Below are positions 1 through 11,352 of a stretch of 64,000 bases of DNA, piece by piece; the stretch's first letter is position 1; each line of letters begins with the position of its first letter. Below the pieces are notes generated by a model, which was given only the letters and a program-made list of their open reading frames with translations, had not been told where the DNA came from and searched no databases. Source of the stretch: Candidatus Freyarchaeum deiterrae (lineage in GTDB: Archaea > Asgardarchaeota > Jordiarchaeia > Jordiarchaeales > Jordiarchaeaceae); NCBI GenBank assembly GCA_037305845.1, contig CP147778.1, positions 1,216,001 to 1,280,000 on the forward strand. The letters are read 5' to 3'. The translations under genes were made by a program, and so were the position numbers.

Positions 1-110
1 TTCGTATTATCTGTGGATTTAGCGTAGTTTTTGATTCGGTCTCCTGTTACTTCAAAAGTTACAGGCGAAAAAGTCATGCCAATATATTTATCGTATTTGT
101 TTTCGCTCAA
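1..110 (-). CDS. N-terminal part of a probable MaoC-like (hot-dog) dehydratase; runs off the window edge
   Basis: Manual translation from TTG at 110: MSENKYDKYIGMTFSPVTFEVTGDRIKNYAKSTDNT, resembling the MaoC_dehydrat_N pattern; GGAGGCGG RBS upstream on the minus strand. Confidence 0.5.
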   Translation of the reverse strand, partial: MSENKYDKYIGMTFSPVTFEVTGDRIKNYAKSTDNT

Positions 111-599
111 AATTTTCCGCCTCCAAAAATAATCAATTGATTAGTTTCTGTTTGTGTAAAATAGCTTTCTGAGCGTTTTTTTCAGTTATCTGCTATTTTT
201 TTGTATTTTGTATTAAACTTTTATGGTGTTATGGCTTTGGGACAAAAGTAGTAACTTTCTCTTCTTAAAGGGCTTGCTCATCTCTGGGGGTTAGGTTAAA
301 ACGGTGCCCCCTTTATACACATCCAGTTCTACATCGCATACTTATAAAAACCACTACTATTACCAATACCACTACTCCACAGTTTCACAGCCCCACCATA
401 CAACCACATTACCACCACGATGACCATACTCATAATCTCCACTCACTCAAAAGAACTTCAAGCAACCCCCTCTTAAAAGAAGAGGAAGGAGAAGCAACTC
501 TACCACAGACCAGAAAGAAAGACAAAAATGCGCTTCTCTCTCCGTGTATGTTTAAACGAAGGATTAACATCAATTAGGCTTAAAAAACCGGATTTTTCT

Positions 600-1910
600 A
601 TAAAGAGTTGATAACCACCACCGAGAAGATGGAAAACGCGGGGTGCACAAGCAGTGCCGGAATCAATCGTGGTCACCAGAACTGAGCAAATCCACATTCA
701 GCCAAACAGCAACAACAACAGTCTGAGCAGGCTATGCCACCACTCCAAGAACCTCTACAATCAGGCAAACTACATAGTTAGGCAAACTCTCCTCAAAACC
801 GGAAAATGGGTAAAGTACAGGGAGCTTGCGGGAACGCTCAAAAACTCGGAGAGCTACAGAGCTCTCCCAGCACAAACCGCCCAGCAAACACTGAAAACAC
901 TGGACCGAAGCTGGAACGCGTTCTTCAGAGCAATCCGAGAATGGAAGAGGAAACCGGACAAGTTCCTTGGGAGACCGAAAATGCCCGGGTACAAGGAGAA
1001 GAATGGAGAACACCTTCTAATCTTCACAAACCAGCAGTGCCGAATAATAAAGGGCGGAGAAATAAAATTCCCAAGAAAGGTGGACTTGACTAAAGTTAAG
1101 ACGCGGCTGGGAGACGAAACCCGCCTACGGGAAATCCGAATAGTGCCAAGGGGCGCAGGCTACGTCCTTGAAGTGGTTTACCAAAAAACCGTGGAGCCGC
1201 AAAAACTGAACTATGAGAGAATGGTGGGCTTGGATTTGGGGCTGAGGAACACCGTAACCATCGCAAACAACATCGGGGAAAAACCGATTGCTGTTAAGGG
1301 CGGTGTACTAAAGTCCATAAACCAGTACTATAATAAGGAGAGGGCGTGGTTGCAGAGCGTCTACGACCGGCAGAAGGTTAATAATGGCTCCAAGCTGCTG
1401 AGATTGACCCAGAAGAGGAACCGGAAGATACACGACTTCTTCCACAAGCTGAGCCGCAGAATAGTGGATTGGTGCACCGAGCACGATGTGGGCGTCATAG
1501 TGGTTGGCTATAACCGAGACTGGAAGCAGAGCCTGAACCTTGGGAGGAGGACCAACCAGAACTTCGTTCAGATACCCTTTCAGAAGCTGGTGCAGCAAAT
1601 CCGGTACAAGGCTGAGGAAGCGGGAATAACCGTATTGATGCGGGAGGAGAACCACACCTCAAAGTGCAGCTTCCTTGACCTCGAACCTCTGGAACACCGT
1701 GAAGAGTACTCGGGGAAGAGGATAAGCCGGGGATTGTTCCGGTCGAGTGAAGGTGTGTTGATTAACGCGGATGTGAACGCCGCCTACAACATTATAAGGA
1801 AGGCATTCCCGGAAGCTTTTGCGGACGGGATAGAGGGTGTAGGGCTTCACCCGGTTAGAATGGATTTAAACATGTTCTAGCGAAGGGCTTTTAAGAAAGA
1901 GCAACTAATT
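600..1910 (+). mobile_element. Solo tnpB (IS1341-like) element without tnpA; ends approximate
   Basis: tnpB with no adjacent transposase, visibly GC-richer than the flanks; hairpins at the 3' end (GGGTG-TAGGGCTT-CACCC) fit a right end/omegaRNA. Confidence 0.6.
654..1880 (+). CDS. tnpB: IS200/IS605-family RNA-guided endonuclease TnpB
   Basis: N-terminal SKNLYNQANY helix; RuvC motifs GLDLG, EENHTSKCS and NADVNAAYNI; C-terminal EGVGLHPV tail. Confidence 0.93.
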   Translation: MPESIVVTRTEQIHIQPNSNNNSLSRLCHHSKNLYNQANYIVRQTLLKTGKWVKYRELAGTLKNSESYRALPAQTAQQTLKTLDRSWNAFFRAIREWKRKPDKFLGRPKMPGYKEKNGEHLLIFTNQQCRIIKGGEIKFPRKVDLTKVKTRLGDETRLREIRIVPRGAGYVLEVVYQKTVEPQKLNYERMVGLDLGLRNTVTIANNIGEKPIAVKGGVLKSINQYYNKERAWLQSVYDRQKVNNGSKLLRLTQKRNRKIHDFFHKLSRRIVDWCTEHDVGVIVVGYNRDWKQSLNLGRRTNQNFVQIPFQKLVQQIRYKAEEAGITVLMREENHTSKCSFLDLEPLEHREEYSGKRISRGLFRSSEGVLINADVNAAYNIIRKAFPEAFADGIEGVGLHPVRMDLNMF

Positions 1911-2017
1911 TTGTCCCTAAGCCTGTTCATTTATTGTAGAATATACTTTATAAGGAAAGTTTACGTAAATCATTAAGATAAAAAACCAAGAAACTTCATC
2001 CAATGGAGAAATTCGAA

Positions 2018-2365
2018 ATGTCTGAGATTACGTCTCACCTCAAAAAAATGGAAGAGGTTGCTGCAAGAAGTGAAGATGTAGCAGCCGAACTGGAAGGATG
2101 GGAGCGAGTCATTCAATTTCAAGGTGAAGGAGTGGATCCCTTCTATATCACCATAAAAGATGGTAAACTATCAGTCTCCGAAGGCACGTACGAAAACCCA
2201 GACTTAACAATGGAAGCAAACCATGATACAGTATTGGGCATGATAACCGGAGAAATTGACGCTACTTCTGCCTATATGAGCGGAGACTTGAAAGTTATAG
2301 GCGCACTTCCAGACGCTGTAAAATTCAGAACTTTAATAGAGATAATTAGAGACGAAATGGAGTGA
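2018..2365 (+). CDS. SCP2 sterol/lipid carrier domain protein
   Basis: FYITIKDGKLSVSEG, PDLTM and GEIDATSAYMSGDLKVIG match the SCP2 signature. Confidence 0.85.
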   Translation: MSEITSHLKKMEEVAARSEDVAAELEGWERVIQFQGEGVDPFYITIKDGKLSVSEGTYENPDLTMEANHDTVLGMITGEIDATSAYMSGDLKVIGALPDAVKFRTLIEIIRDEME

Positions 2366-2573
2366 TTATTTCTACCTCCTCTACTTTTTTAGATAGCTTG
2401 TTCTCAAAGATAAACGATTCCAAAAGATACATCATTTATTACATCTCTCCATCAAAAACCAAAAATTGAAACCAGTTTTTAAGAAATTCACTGGAATAAA
2501 GATTCAGTGATAATTTATAACAAAAGGTTAATAATGTGAAAAGCAAATATTTCAAAGGGCAGTTAAGAGAGAT

Positions 2574-2996
2574 ATGAGGGCTTTAATAATGTCTGTGGAT
2601 GAACTGACTCTGGCGGAAATGGTACAACTCAAAGAGGGGAGAATAGCGTTACCAAAAAAGTTTATTGAGGTAATTGGTAAGCCATATGCCATCATGATAG
2701 TTTCAAGAACTAATGGTGAGATCCGCCTGATTCCCACCGACACTTCTGAAGTGGTCAAACTCTCCGTAGAGATTGATAAGCTTTCTCAGAGATTTCTTAG
2801 AGATCTCGGGTTGATTATAGTAAGGGATAAAATAGAGTTTATACACACCACTGGTCTTTGCCGAAAGGGGAAGCAATGTTTTTACGAAGGTTATATAGAA
2901 AAGGATAAATTATCTCAAAAAATTGAGGATTTAAAATTTCAAGTTTCTCAAATAGAAGGCGTCATGAATGTGGATATTACTATAATAAAATTATAA
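2574..2996 (+). CDS. Hypothetical protein, possible AbrB-like N-terminus with ACT-like C-terminus
   Basis: EGRIALPKKF is AbrB-like; the C-terminus has a beta-alpha-beta-beta-alpha-beta pattern ending QIEGVMNVDI. Confidence 0.5.
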   Translation: MRALIMSVDELTLAEMVQLKEGRIALPKKFIEVIGKPYAIMIVSRTNGEIRLIPTDTSEVVKLSVEIDKLSQRFLRDLGLIIVRDKIEFIHTTGLCRKGKQCFYEGYIEKDKLSQKIEDLKFQVSQIEGVMNVDITIIKL

Positions 2997-3073
2997 ATTT
3001 CTAAATATTGACCCAAAATTAATAAAATTATCTTCAAAAATTGGTCAAAATATTGTGAATTTTTCAAAATTTA

Positions 3074-3110
3074 CCAAATATTTGGATACTTTTACCATAA
3101 GGTTTATAAG
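3074..3110 (+). promoter_or_regulatory. Perfect palindrome CCAAATATTTGG upstream of a TATA-like TTTATAAG in the long tfb leader
   Basis: 12-bp palindrome at 3074-3085 and TATA-like box near 3104-3111 seen directly; function inferred. Confidence 0.3.
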
Positions 3111-3428
3111 GGGAAAAGCGTTGTAATAAATTGTGCGGGGGACAAAACCGAAAGATATATAAGTACAAAAAACTTAAATAGCATCCTTTAAAAGGAGCAG
3201 ATTCCAACAAAAAGTCTCCCGTAGAAAAAAAAGAGGAACAAAAATAAAAGAAAAAATGTTGTAAAAGTTCCGATTCATCACGGAAAGATGAATGTATATC
3301 ATAGATATGAGTAAAATAAAAACTTTATCCGAAAAAATATTTGTTATTAATTTTTGAGGATTAAAGTTCGATTCGGAACATGTCCTCAATGTTTTATTTA
3401 TAAATTTTATAGTTTGAGGTGAAAATAT

Positions 3429-4370
3429 TTGGCAAAAACCGAAGGAAAGGAAGAATCGCTCAAAGAGGTCACGCAGTGCCCAGAATGTGGCAGCAAGAGA
3501 ATTCTCAGAGATTATACTAGAGGCGATACCATCTGTGGTGATTGCGGTCTAATAATCAACGATTTGATGATAGACAGCGGCCCAGAATGGAGAGCATTCA
3601 CAGCAGAAGAGAAGAGAGATCGAAGCAGAGTAGGTTCACCTATGACCTATCGAATGCCGGATAAGGGACTCAGTACCACAATCAGTAGAAGTGACCGAGA
3701 CGCTTATGGCAGAAAGCTTTCACCTAAGAGAAGAGCTCAGATTTACCGATTAAGAAAATGGCAAATAAGAACTAGAGTACACAGTTCGATAGCAAGAAAC
3801 TTAGCTCAAGCAATGCCAGAACTTAACCGAATTGCAAGCCAAATCGGCATCCCAAGAGATATCCGTGAAACCGCAGCGGTAGTGTACCGACGAGCTCTAG
3901 AAAAAGGACTCGTTAGAGGAAGATCTATAGAGTCAATGGTGGCAGCAGCAGTCTACCTCGCCTGCAGACTCCATAAGATTCCACGCCCTCTGGACGAAGT
4001 TGAGAGTGTGGCTCGAGTTAACAGGAAGGAACTAGCACACTGCGTAAGACTCATACTCAGAGGATTGGATATGAAAATCCCTAGACCGAGCGCGACAGAC
4101 TTTATCTCAAGATTTGCAAATGAACTAAGCATGTCCGGAGAAAGCCAGAAACGCGCAATGCAAGTGATTGAAAGAGCGAGCGAAATAGGGATAACTGGGG
4201 GAAAAGACCCCACGGGACTAGCAGCAGCGGCTTTATACATTGCGGGAATTCTGGCGGGTGAAAGAAGAGCACAAAGAGAAATCGCTGAAGTGGCACACGT
4301 AACAGAGGTTACAATTAGAAACAGATACAAAGAGATTGTCAGAAAACTAAAAATGGATCTCGAAGTTTAA
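3429..4370 (+). CDS. tfb: Transcription initiation factor IIB (TFB)
   Basis: Zn ribbon CPECGS...CGDCG, B-reader GPEWRAF, RVGSP, two cyclin repeats (RGRSIES, GKDPTGLAAAALYI), VTEVTIRNRYKE. Confidence 0.97.
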   Translation: MAKTEGKEESLKEVTQCPECGSKRILRDYTRGDTICGDCGLIINDLMIDSGPEWRAFTAEEKRDRSRVGSPMTYRMPDKGLSTTISRSDRDAYGRKLSPKRRAQIYRLRKWQIRTRVHSSIARNLAQAMPELNRIASQIGIPRDIRETAAVVYRRALEKGLVRGRSIESMVAAAVYLACRLHKIPRPLDEVESVARVNRKELAHCVRLILRGLDMKIPRPSATDFISRFANELSMSGESQKRAMQVIERASEIGITGGKDPTGLAAAALYIAGILAGERRAQREIAEVAHVTEVTIRNRYKEIVRKLKMDLEV

Positions 4371-4523
4371 GAGAGTTAGCCAAAGCTCTCTATTCTTTAT
4401 TTATTCCCAATCTTAACTATTACCCAGAAACCGGATTTTTAATTTATTAGTCAAAACCAACCTGAATGAGTTATATCTTCGTAAATGTTCTTACTTTTCT
4501 TTATTTTTTTTATACAATATATT

Positions 4524-4742
4524 TTATGGCCTGGAAGCTTTTTTTATTAGCAGTGCACACGATGCGATTATGAGAATAGACCAAGCATACGTTAATGTTG
4601 GCCCTGTCCATAAAATTGAGGAAAATGTAAACGCGAATAGAGTTTCTTGGAATGTTGTTATTTCTAGAATGTGTATTCCAGTGAGCTGTTTAGTAACTAA
4701 AAATGTAACCGCAAGTAATGCGAACATTCCATCTCGTACCAT
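4524..4742 (-). CDS. Possible small membrane protein
   Basis: 72-aa hydrophobic ORF directly downstream of, and co-oriented with, the roadblock gene; no family recognised. Confidence 0.3.
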   Translation of the reverse strand: MVRDGMFALLAVTFLVTKQLTGIHILEITTFQETLFAFTFSSILWTGPTLTYAWSILIIASCALLIKKASRP

Positions 4743-4790
4743 TAATGGGAGTATTAGTTTTGGAAAAAAGATCCGTTTGAAGCTAGTTGA

Positions 4791-5180
4791 TTATGTTGGC
4801 TTATTTTCCTCAGATGCTTCAACTGCTTTGTCAAATTTTTCATCATACTTCTTAGTTAGAGAAGACATCATAGTCAAGACAACGCCAACCCTTTGGTCGC
4901 TGAAAATAGCCAAAACCATTCTCTCAGAAACACGCATAATTAAGAGAGCCTTATCGCCGATATTCACGGTTATATTAGAGCCCACGGTCAGAACAGGGAA
5001 GCTTGGAATGAATACATTCAACCGTGCACGTATATCCTCAGTCATATCCAAATAGAGAAGCCTGCCATCAATAGCGAAGAGAGCCAGCCCCCTGGCTGTG
5101 ATAGACCCGAGTACTCTAAGTTCGTTTCTAATCTCATTGACTAAGTTCTTGATTAGGCTCTCTTGTCCTATAAAAAACAC
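4791..5180 (-). CDS. Roadblock/LC7-like protein
   Basis: Helix, GLALFAIDGRLLY hairpin, helix, three strands (ITVNIG/ALLIMRVS/MVLAIFS), then VGVVL helix: roadblock topology. Confidence 0.7.
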   Translation of the reverse strand: MFFIGQESLIKNLVNEIRNELRVLGSITARGLALFAIDGRLLYLDMTEDIRARLNVFIPSFPVLTVGSNITVNIGDKALLIMRVSERMVLAIFSDQRVGVVLTMMSSLTKKYDEKFDKAVEASEENKPT

Positions 5181-5300
5181 CCGCCTTTGCTCCGTTATTA
5201 TTAAAAAACTGATTATTAAATATTATGCTTCATTATGCAACCCTAGAACTGAAGAATAAAAGGGGTCTAAAACAAAAGGAAATAAAAATAGAAAAGAGAA

Positions 5301-6449
5301 TCAACGAGTTAAAATATGAACACAACTAACAGAGCCAGTGTTATCACGCCCCACACCAATATTGTGGGTCAGACCCACTCCCGCATCTTTGACTTGAATC
5401 TTACCCGCCTCACCTCTGAGCTGCTCGTAAATCTCAGCGATTTGAGCTACTCCTGTGGCTCCGATGGGGTGGCCTTTTGCGAGAAGACCTCCGCTTGGAT
5501 TCATGGGTTTTTCTCCGTCTAACGCAGTTACTCCTTCTTGAATTAGTTTGTGGCCCTGACCTTTTTCACAAAAACCAATGTCTTCGTAGTTTAGAATCTC
5601 GGTGACCGAAAAGCAATCGTGTATTTCTCCTACATCGATATCCTTAGGTTCGAGACCAGCCATTTCGAAAGCTTGTCTACTGGCCTCTTTGCTTGCTGGA
5701 AAACCAGCCAGAGACTCCGCTTCCCCAAGTATCCAACTATCCACGGATAAACCGCTGCCGGCAACGTAGACGGGGGTATCGGTGTAATTTTTGGCCAGAT
5801 CAGCCTTACAAACTATGACAGCGGCAGCGCCGTCGGTCGTGGGGCAGCAATCAAATAGTCCAAGGGGCCATGATATTATGGGTGCTTTCATTACTTGTTC
5901 GAATGTTACTTCTTTTTTGAAGTGAGCATGAGGGTATAGTGATCCGTTGTGGCGGTTTTTTACGGATACTAGTGCGAAATCTTCTTTTGTGGATCCGTAC
6001 TGGTGCATATGGCGTGTGCCTCTTAAGGCGAAGAAGGACGGCATGCTTCGTGCTCTTCTCATCCAGATGTCTTTGATTGCTGCTAGTTTTATAAGTCCTC
6101 CTTTTTCGTCATGCATTTTTTCGTAACCAATTACTATTGCTTTGTCATATACTCCTGCGGCTATAGCGAAGCATGCATGGCGAAATGCATCGTTGCCCGT
6201 GGCGCAGGCATTTTCCACTCGTGATACTGGGATATTGAATAGCCCCGTGGGGTGGGCTAGCGTTACTCCTGTGAATCTACCTCTGAGGGTTCCTAGCCAA
6301 GCTGCTTGTATTTCTTGAGGTTCAATCCCATTGTCTACGCTTTGTAGCGCGTTTATGTAGGCTTCTTCCATCATCATGTCTGGGCTTTTGTCGTATAGTA
6401 CGCCGAAATCTATTAATCCTGCTCCAACTACTGCGACCTTATTCTTCAT
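5301..6449 (-). CDS. Thiolase family protein (archaeal/SCP-x type acetyl-CoA C-acyltransferase)
   Basis: Catalytic Cys in VENACATG, DGAAA, EIHDCF, NPSGGLLAKGHPIGATG. Confidence 0.93.
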   Translation of the reverse strand: MKNKVAVVGAGLIDFGVLYDKSPDMMMEEAYINALQSVDNGIEPQEIQAAWLGTLRGRFTGVTLAHPTGLFNIPVSRVENACATGNDAFRHACFAIAAGVYDKAIVIGYEKMHDEKGGLIKLAAIKDIWMRRARSMPSFFALRGTRHMHQYGSTKEDFALVSVKNRHNGSLYPHAHFKKEVTFEQVMKAPIISWPLGLFDCCPTTDGAAAVIVCKADLAKNYTDTPVYVAGSGLSVDSWILGEAESLAGFPASKEASRQAFEMAGLEPKDIDVGEIHDCFSVTEILNYEDIGFCEKGQGHKLIQEGVTALDGEKPMNPSGGLLAKGHPIGATGVAQIAEIYEQLRGEAGKIQVKDAGVGLTHNIGVGRDNTGSVSCVHILTR

Positions 6450-6455
6450 TTCAGC

Positions 6456-6860
6456 TCAACTCTTTTTTACTGGTTTTACCTTGAATGATTGTACGCGGTA
6501 TCCGTCCTCTTGGAAAATTTCTCGATAGTCAAGTTCCACTTCCATTCCGATTTTGATTTGGTCGGGTTTGCAATCGGATACCATGGCGTATATTCTTCCC
6601 CCGCCGTCCAATTCCACTATTGCTAGGGGTATCGGTGGTTCGAATTCTGCGGGTAGTGCGTGGGCTACTGTGTAGGTTAATATCTTGCCCCTGGGTCCCA
6701 GTGTAATTGTTTCGAATTCTGAAGGGGCCTTTTTACAATTAGGGCATACTCTCCTTTTTTCGGGATAGCTCACGTAGCCACAGTTTTTACATTTATAAGC
6801 TTCCATCCTATTATTCTGTCTATAGTCTCTCCATAATGGAGGTGTTATCATTCTGCTCAT
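6456..6860 (-). CDS. DUF35 Zn-ribbon/OB-fold thiolase partner
   Basis: CKNCG...CPNC zinc ribbon, GKILTYT, OB-fold IGMEVE; lies between thiolase and HMGS-like genes. Confidence 0.9.
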   Translation of the reverse strand: MSRMITPPLWRDYRQNNRMEAYKCKNCGYVSYPEKRRVCPNCKKAPSEFETITLGPRGKILTYTVAHALPAEFEPPIPLAIVELDGGGRIYAMVSDCKPDQIKIGMEVELDYREIFQEDGYRVQSFKVKPVKKS

Positions 6861-6876
6861 CTCCCAAAGTCTTTTA

Positions 6877-7902
6877 CTACTCGGTCCGGGATATTATTCT
6901 GTTTTGCCTGAGGTGTGTGAAGTAGTCTATGTACTCTTTGTTTTCCTTAAAACTTTTAACGGGAGTTGAATTGTCCCTTTTATCATATATTTTTTCATTT
7001 ACTTTAAAGCTCAGGGCGTCGCTTGAACCCGAGCCGTAGGAAACAGCTAATATTCTCTGTCCTTGTTCCGCTTGGTCGAGAATTGCGGATAACCCTATGA
7101 GAATAGATGCGGAACCAGTGTCACCAAAGTTATCAATGGTCATGCCAGCTTTAAGCTGTTCAGGCGTAAAGCCTAAGCTTTTAGATGATTCGGATATCAG
7201 TCTATTCTCTTGTTGTTGAAGTACCACATGGTTGAAGTTTCCTGCTGAATCTCCAAGTTTTTCCATAAGGCCTTTTGCAGCCCTTATTACGTGTTCTGTG
7301 TATCCGTATTTCCTTATGAACCCGGAATCTCCATATGAAGGATATTTTGATTCAACATTTTTCCATTTGTCGGCAAAGCCTGTGGTATAAAAAGAGCTGC
7401 CTTCATATTCAGCTATCACACCATCACCACTTAGTATACAAGCAGCCGCTCCAGATCCTGCAGTGTATTCAAAACTAGTTCCAGGCGCTCCTACAAGGAC
7501 ATCGCTTCCTGCAACCAAAATGTTATCAAGCCTTTCAGATTTTACGGCATCTAAACCAGCTTGCAGTGCAGCTATACTGGCTCTGGGTGAAGCCCCGAAA
7601 TCCACGGCTTCAGCATTTTGAGGTAAGCTGAGGGCGTTTGCCAAAGGTGCTGCTAACGACGCTTCAGCATAGGAGCTGGACACCGTTCCCAGATACAATG
7701 CGTTGATATCTCTAGGTTCCACAGCCGCGTGTTTTATGGCGTTTCTACAAGCGCTGTAAGCTAGTGTTGATACATTCTCATCAAAATAGGCTACAGCTTT
7801 TTCCCCAGAAAGCTGCGAGTCCTCCTTCCAGGCAGCTGCGATTTCTCTTAGTTTTACTCGATGTAAAGGAATATAAACCCCGTATCCGCTTATTCCCAAC
7901 AA
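6877..7902 (-). CDS. HMG-CoA synthase-like protein with degenerate active site
   Basis: GISGYGVYIP start, EYTAGSGAA, GDTGSAS and VSYGSG motifs; catalytic Glu/Cys/His positions substituted. Confidence 0.85.
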   Translation of the reverse strand: MLGISGYGVYIPLHRVKLREIAAAWKEDSQLSGEKAVAYFDENVSTLAYSACRNAIKHAAVEPRDINALYLGTVSSSYAEASLAAPLANALSLPQNAEAVDFGASPRASIAALQAGLDAVKSERLDNILVAGSDVLVGAPGTSFEYTAGSGAAACILSGDGVIAEYEGSSFYTTGFADKWKNVESKYPSYGDSGFIRKYGYTEHVIRAAKGLMEKLGDSAGNFNHVVLQQQENRLISESSKSLGFTPEQLKAGMTIDNFGDTGSASILIGLSAILDQAEQGQRILAVSYGSGSSDALSFKVNEKIYDKRDNSTPVKSFKENKEYIDYFTHLRQNRIISRTE

Positions 7903-8134
7903 TGTTTTGTACCTTCCAATTTTTGTAATATTAATATTATAAAGACATCAGTCGACCAATTTAAAAACACTTTCGCAAAATTGAAAAAAGAATTAACCAA
8001 AAAACTTGTTTTATATAAGAGGTTTCTTAAAATGCGGGGTCTTCGCAAAAAAGTGAAGTTGGAGAACATCTTAAAGCGGTATTGGAGCTAATAGTTGAGA
8101 AATAAAAAATGAATTTGTTCGGAAATTTTAGTAT

Positions 8135-9837
<1,703 letters not shown>

Positions 9838-9967
9838 CTTTGAACGCGTAATTAAAATGTAAAAAATTTACAATAATGGGATTCAAAGAGTTATATTGCA
9901 TTTTTTAAACAAGAATTTTGCAATCGAATAATGATATTTGGATTCCAAGTAAAGTGCATTTATCTAT

Positions 9968-11098
9968 CTACATTGTTTCTATTGGAAGTTTGTTTAGAAC
10001 TTGGTTACCTTCTTCTGTTATTAGTATAGTATTTTCTATTTTTAGACCGCCGAATTCGGGTATGTAGAGTGCGGGTTCTAGGTTTATGATTAGACCATCT
10101 CTAATTTTATCCGTGTTATTTAATGAGATTATGGGAGGCTCGTATTGGTCTAAACCTATCCCGTGTCCAATGGGGTGGATAAAGAACGGTTCGTAACCCT
10201 TTTCTTTTATCACATTTCTAGCCACTAGGTCTAATTGGCTTAGGGGAATCCCCGGTTTAGCGTATTGTAGGGCGTCACCGAGAGCTTGCTTTACAACCTC
10301 AAAAATCTCTTTATGCTTTTTGTGTGGGCTGCCTGTGAAAATGGTTCTTGACACGTCGGCGCAATATTCGTTATAAGAAGCAGCCACATTTATCGTTACA
10401 AGCTCATTTTCTTCGATCTTTTTATTCCCTGCGATTGCATATGGATAAGCAGATTTTGAACCCGACACTACCACGCTCTCAAATAGAGCTTTCTGAGAAC
10501 CTGCCCTACGCAGAGCACTCTCCACCTCTACAGCAACCTGTATTTCTGTTGATCCAGGGCTGATAATTTCTATAGCAGTTCTCAATCCTTTTTCAGCAAT
10601 CTCTATCGCTCTCTGCATATTTTCGATTTCCGAAATATCTTTATACATACGCATTTCCCAGACATTCTTTGAAACGTCTTTGAATCCCACCTTAGGCAAC
10701 TTTTTCTTTAGAGCTTCAAATGTTAAGACAGGGAGTCGGGAGAGTTCAACACCTATTATACTCTCCGTCAAACTTTTCTCTTCAATTATAGCACTAATTG
10801 AATCGATGACGCTATCCACTTTCTCATTTTTCTCATCGGTCTTGAGAGGATACGGGTAATAACATCGAACATCCTTAATCCATGAGGACTCTGCTGCTCT
10901 ATCCAATTCTATACGTGAAACAGTGAGGGTTGCTTCATTATCTCCGGAAAATATAACCGCGCTGGGAACATCAAGTGAATGGCTGTAGAATCCCGTTAAA
11001 TAGTAAATATTTTTGGGTTCCAATAGTAGTAGAGCGTTTATTCCTTCACTGACAAGTATTCTTTTGGCCTTATCAAAACGAGTGGAATTCACTCTCAT
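9968..11098 (-). CDS. Xaa-Pro peptidase family (M24B)
   Basis: Creatinase-like N-domain (NIYYLTGF), YCADVSRT, HPIGHGIGL, EP and KIEN metal-ligand motifs. Confidence 0.9.
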   Translation of the reverse strand: MRVNSTRFDKAKRILVSEGINALLLLEPKNIYYLTGFYSHSLDVPSAVIFSGDNEATLTVSRIELDRAAESSWIKDVRCYYPYPLKTDEKNEKVDSVIDSISAIIEEKSLTESIIGVELSRLPVLTFEALKKKLPKVGFKDVSKNVWEMRMYKDISEIENMQRAIEIAEKGLRTAIEIISPGSTEIQVAVEVESALRRAGSQKALFESVVVSGSKSAYPYAIAGNKKIEENELVTINVAASYNEYCADVSRTIFTGSPHKKHKEIFEVVKQALGDALQYAKPGIPLSQLDLVARNVIKEKGYEPFFIHPIGHGIGLDQYEPPIISLNNTDKIRDGLIINLEPALYIPEFGGLKIENTILITEEGNQVLNKLPIETM

Positions 11099-11352
11099 TG
11101 GTAACCACCCAACATCTGATAAGTTATTTACTAGTTAACAGTTAAATCCACACGTAATGTTCAAAAACCTTACGGCTATTACTCAAACTTAATAAGTTAA
11201 TACAAATAAAAACCTAACCGCTTAAAGACTTTGAATTAGGCAAAAAACGCTAAAACTCAGAGAATCAATGATTTAAGAAAGATGGTTGGTTGATTCAATT
11301 TCAAAATCAGAAAGCCAGTTAAACCCTACGGAGGGGAAACAAAATAGGAAAA

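Noticed and set aside
4570-5055. 161-aa plus-strand ORF and similar antisense ORFs (e.g. 11319-11801, 12585-13157, 58050-58556, 60190-61536)
   Set aside because: Shadow frames of well-supported genes on the opposite strand
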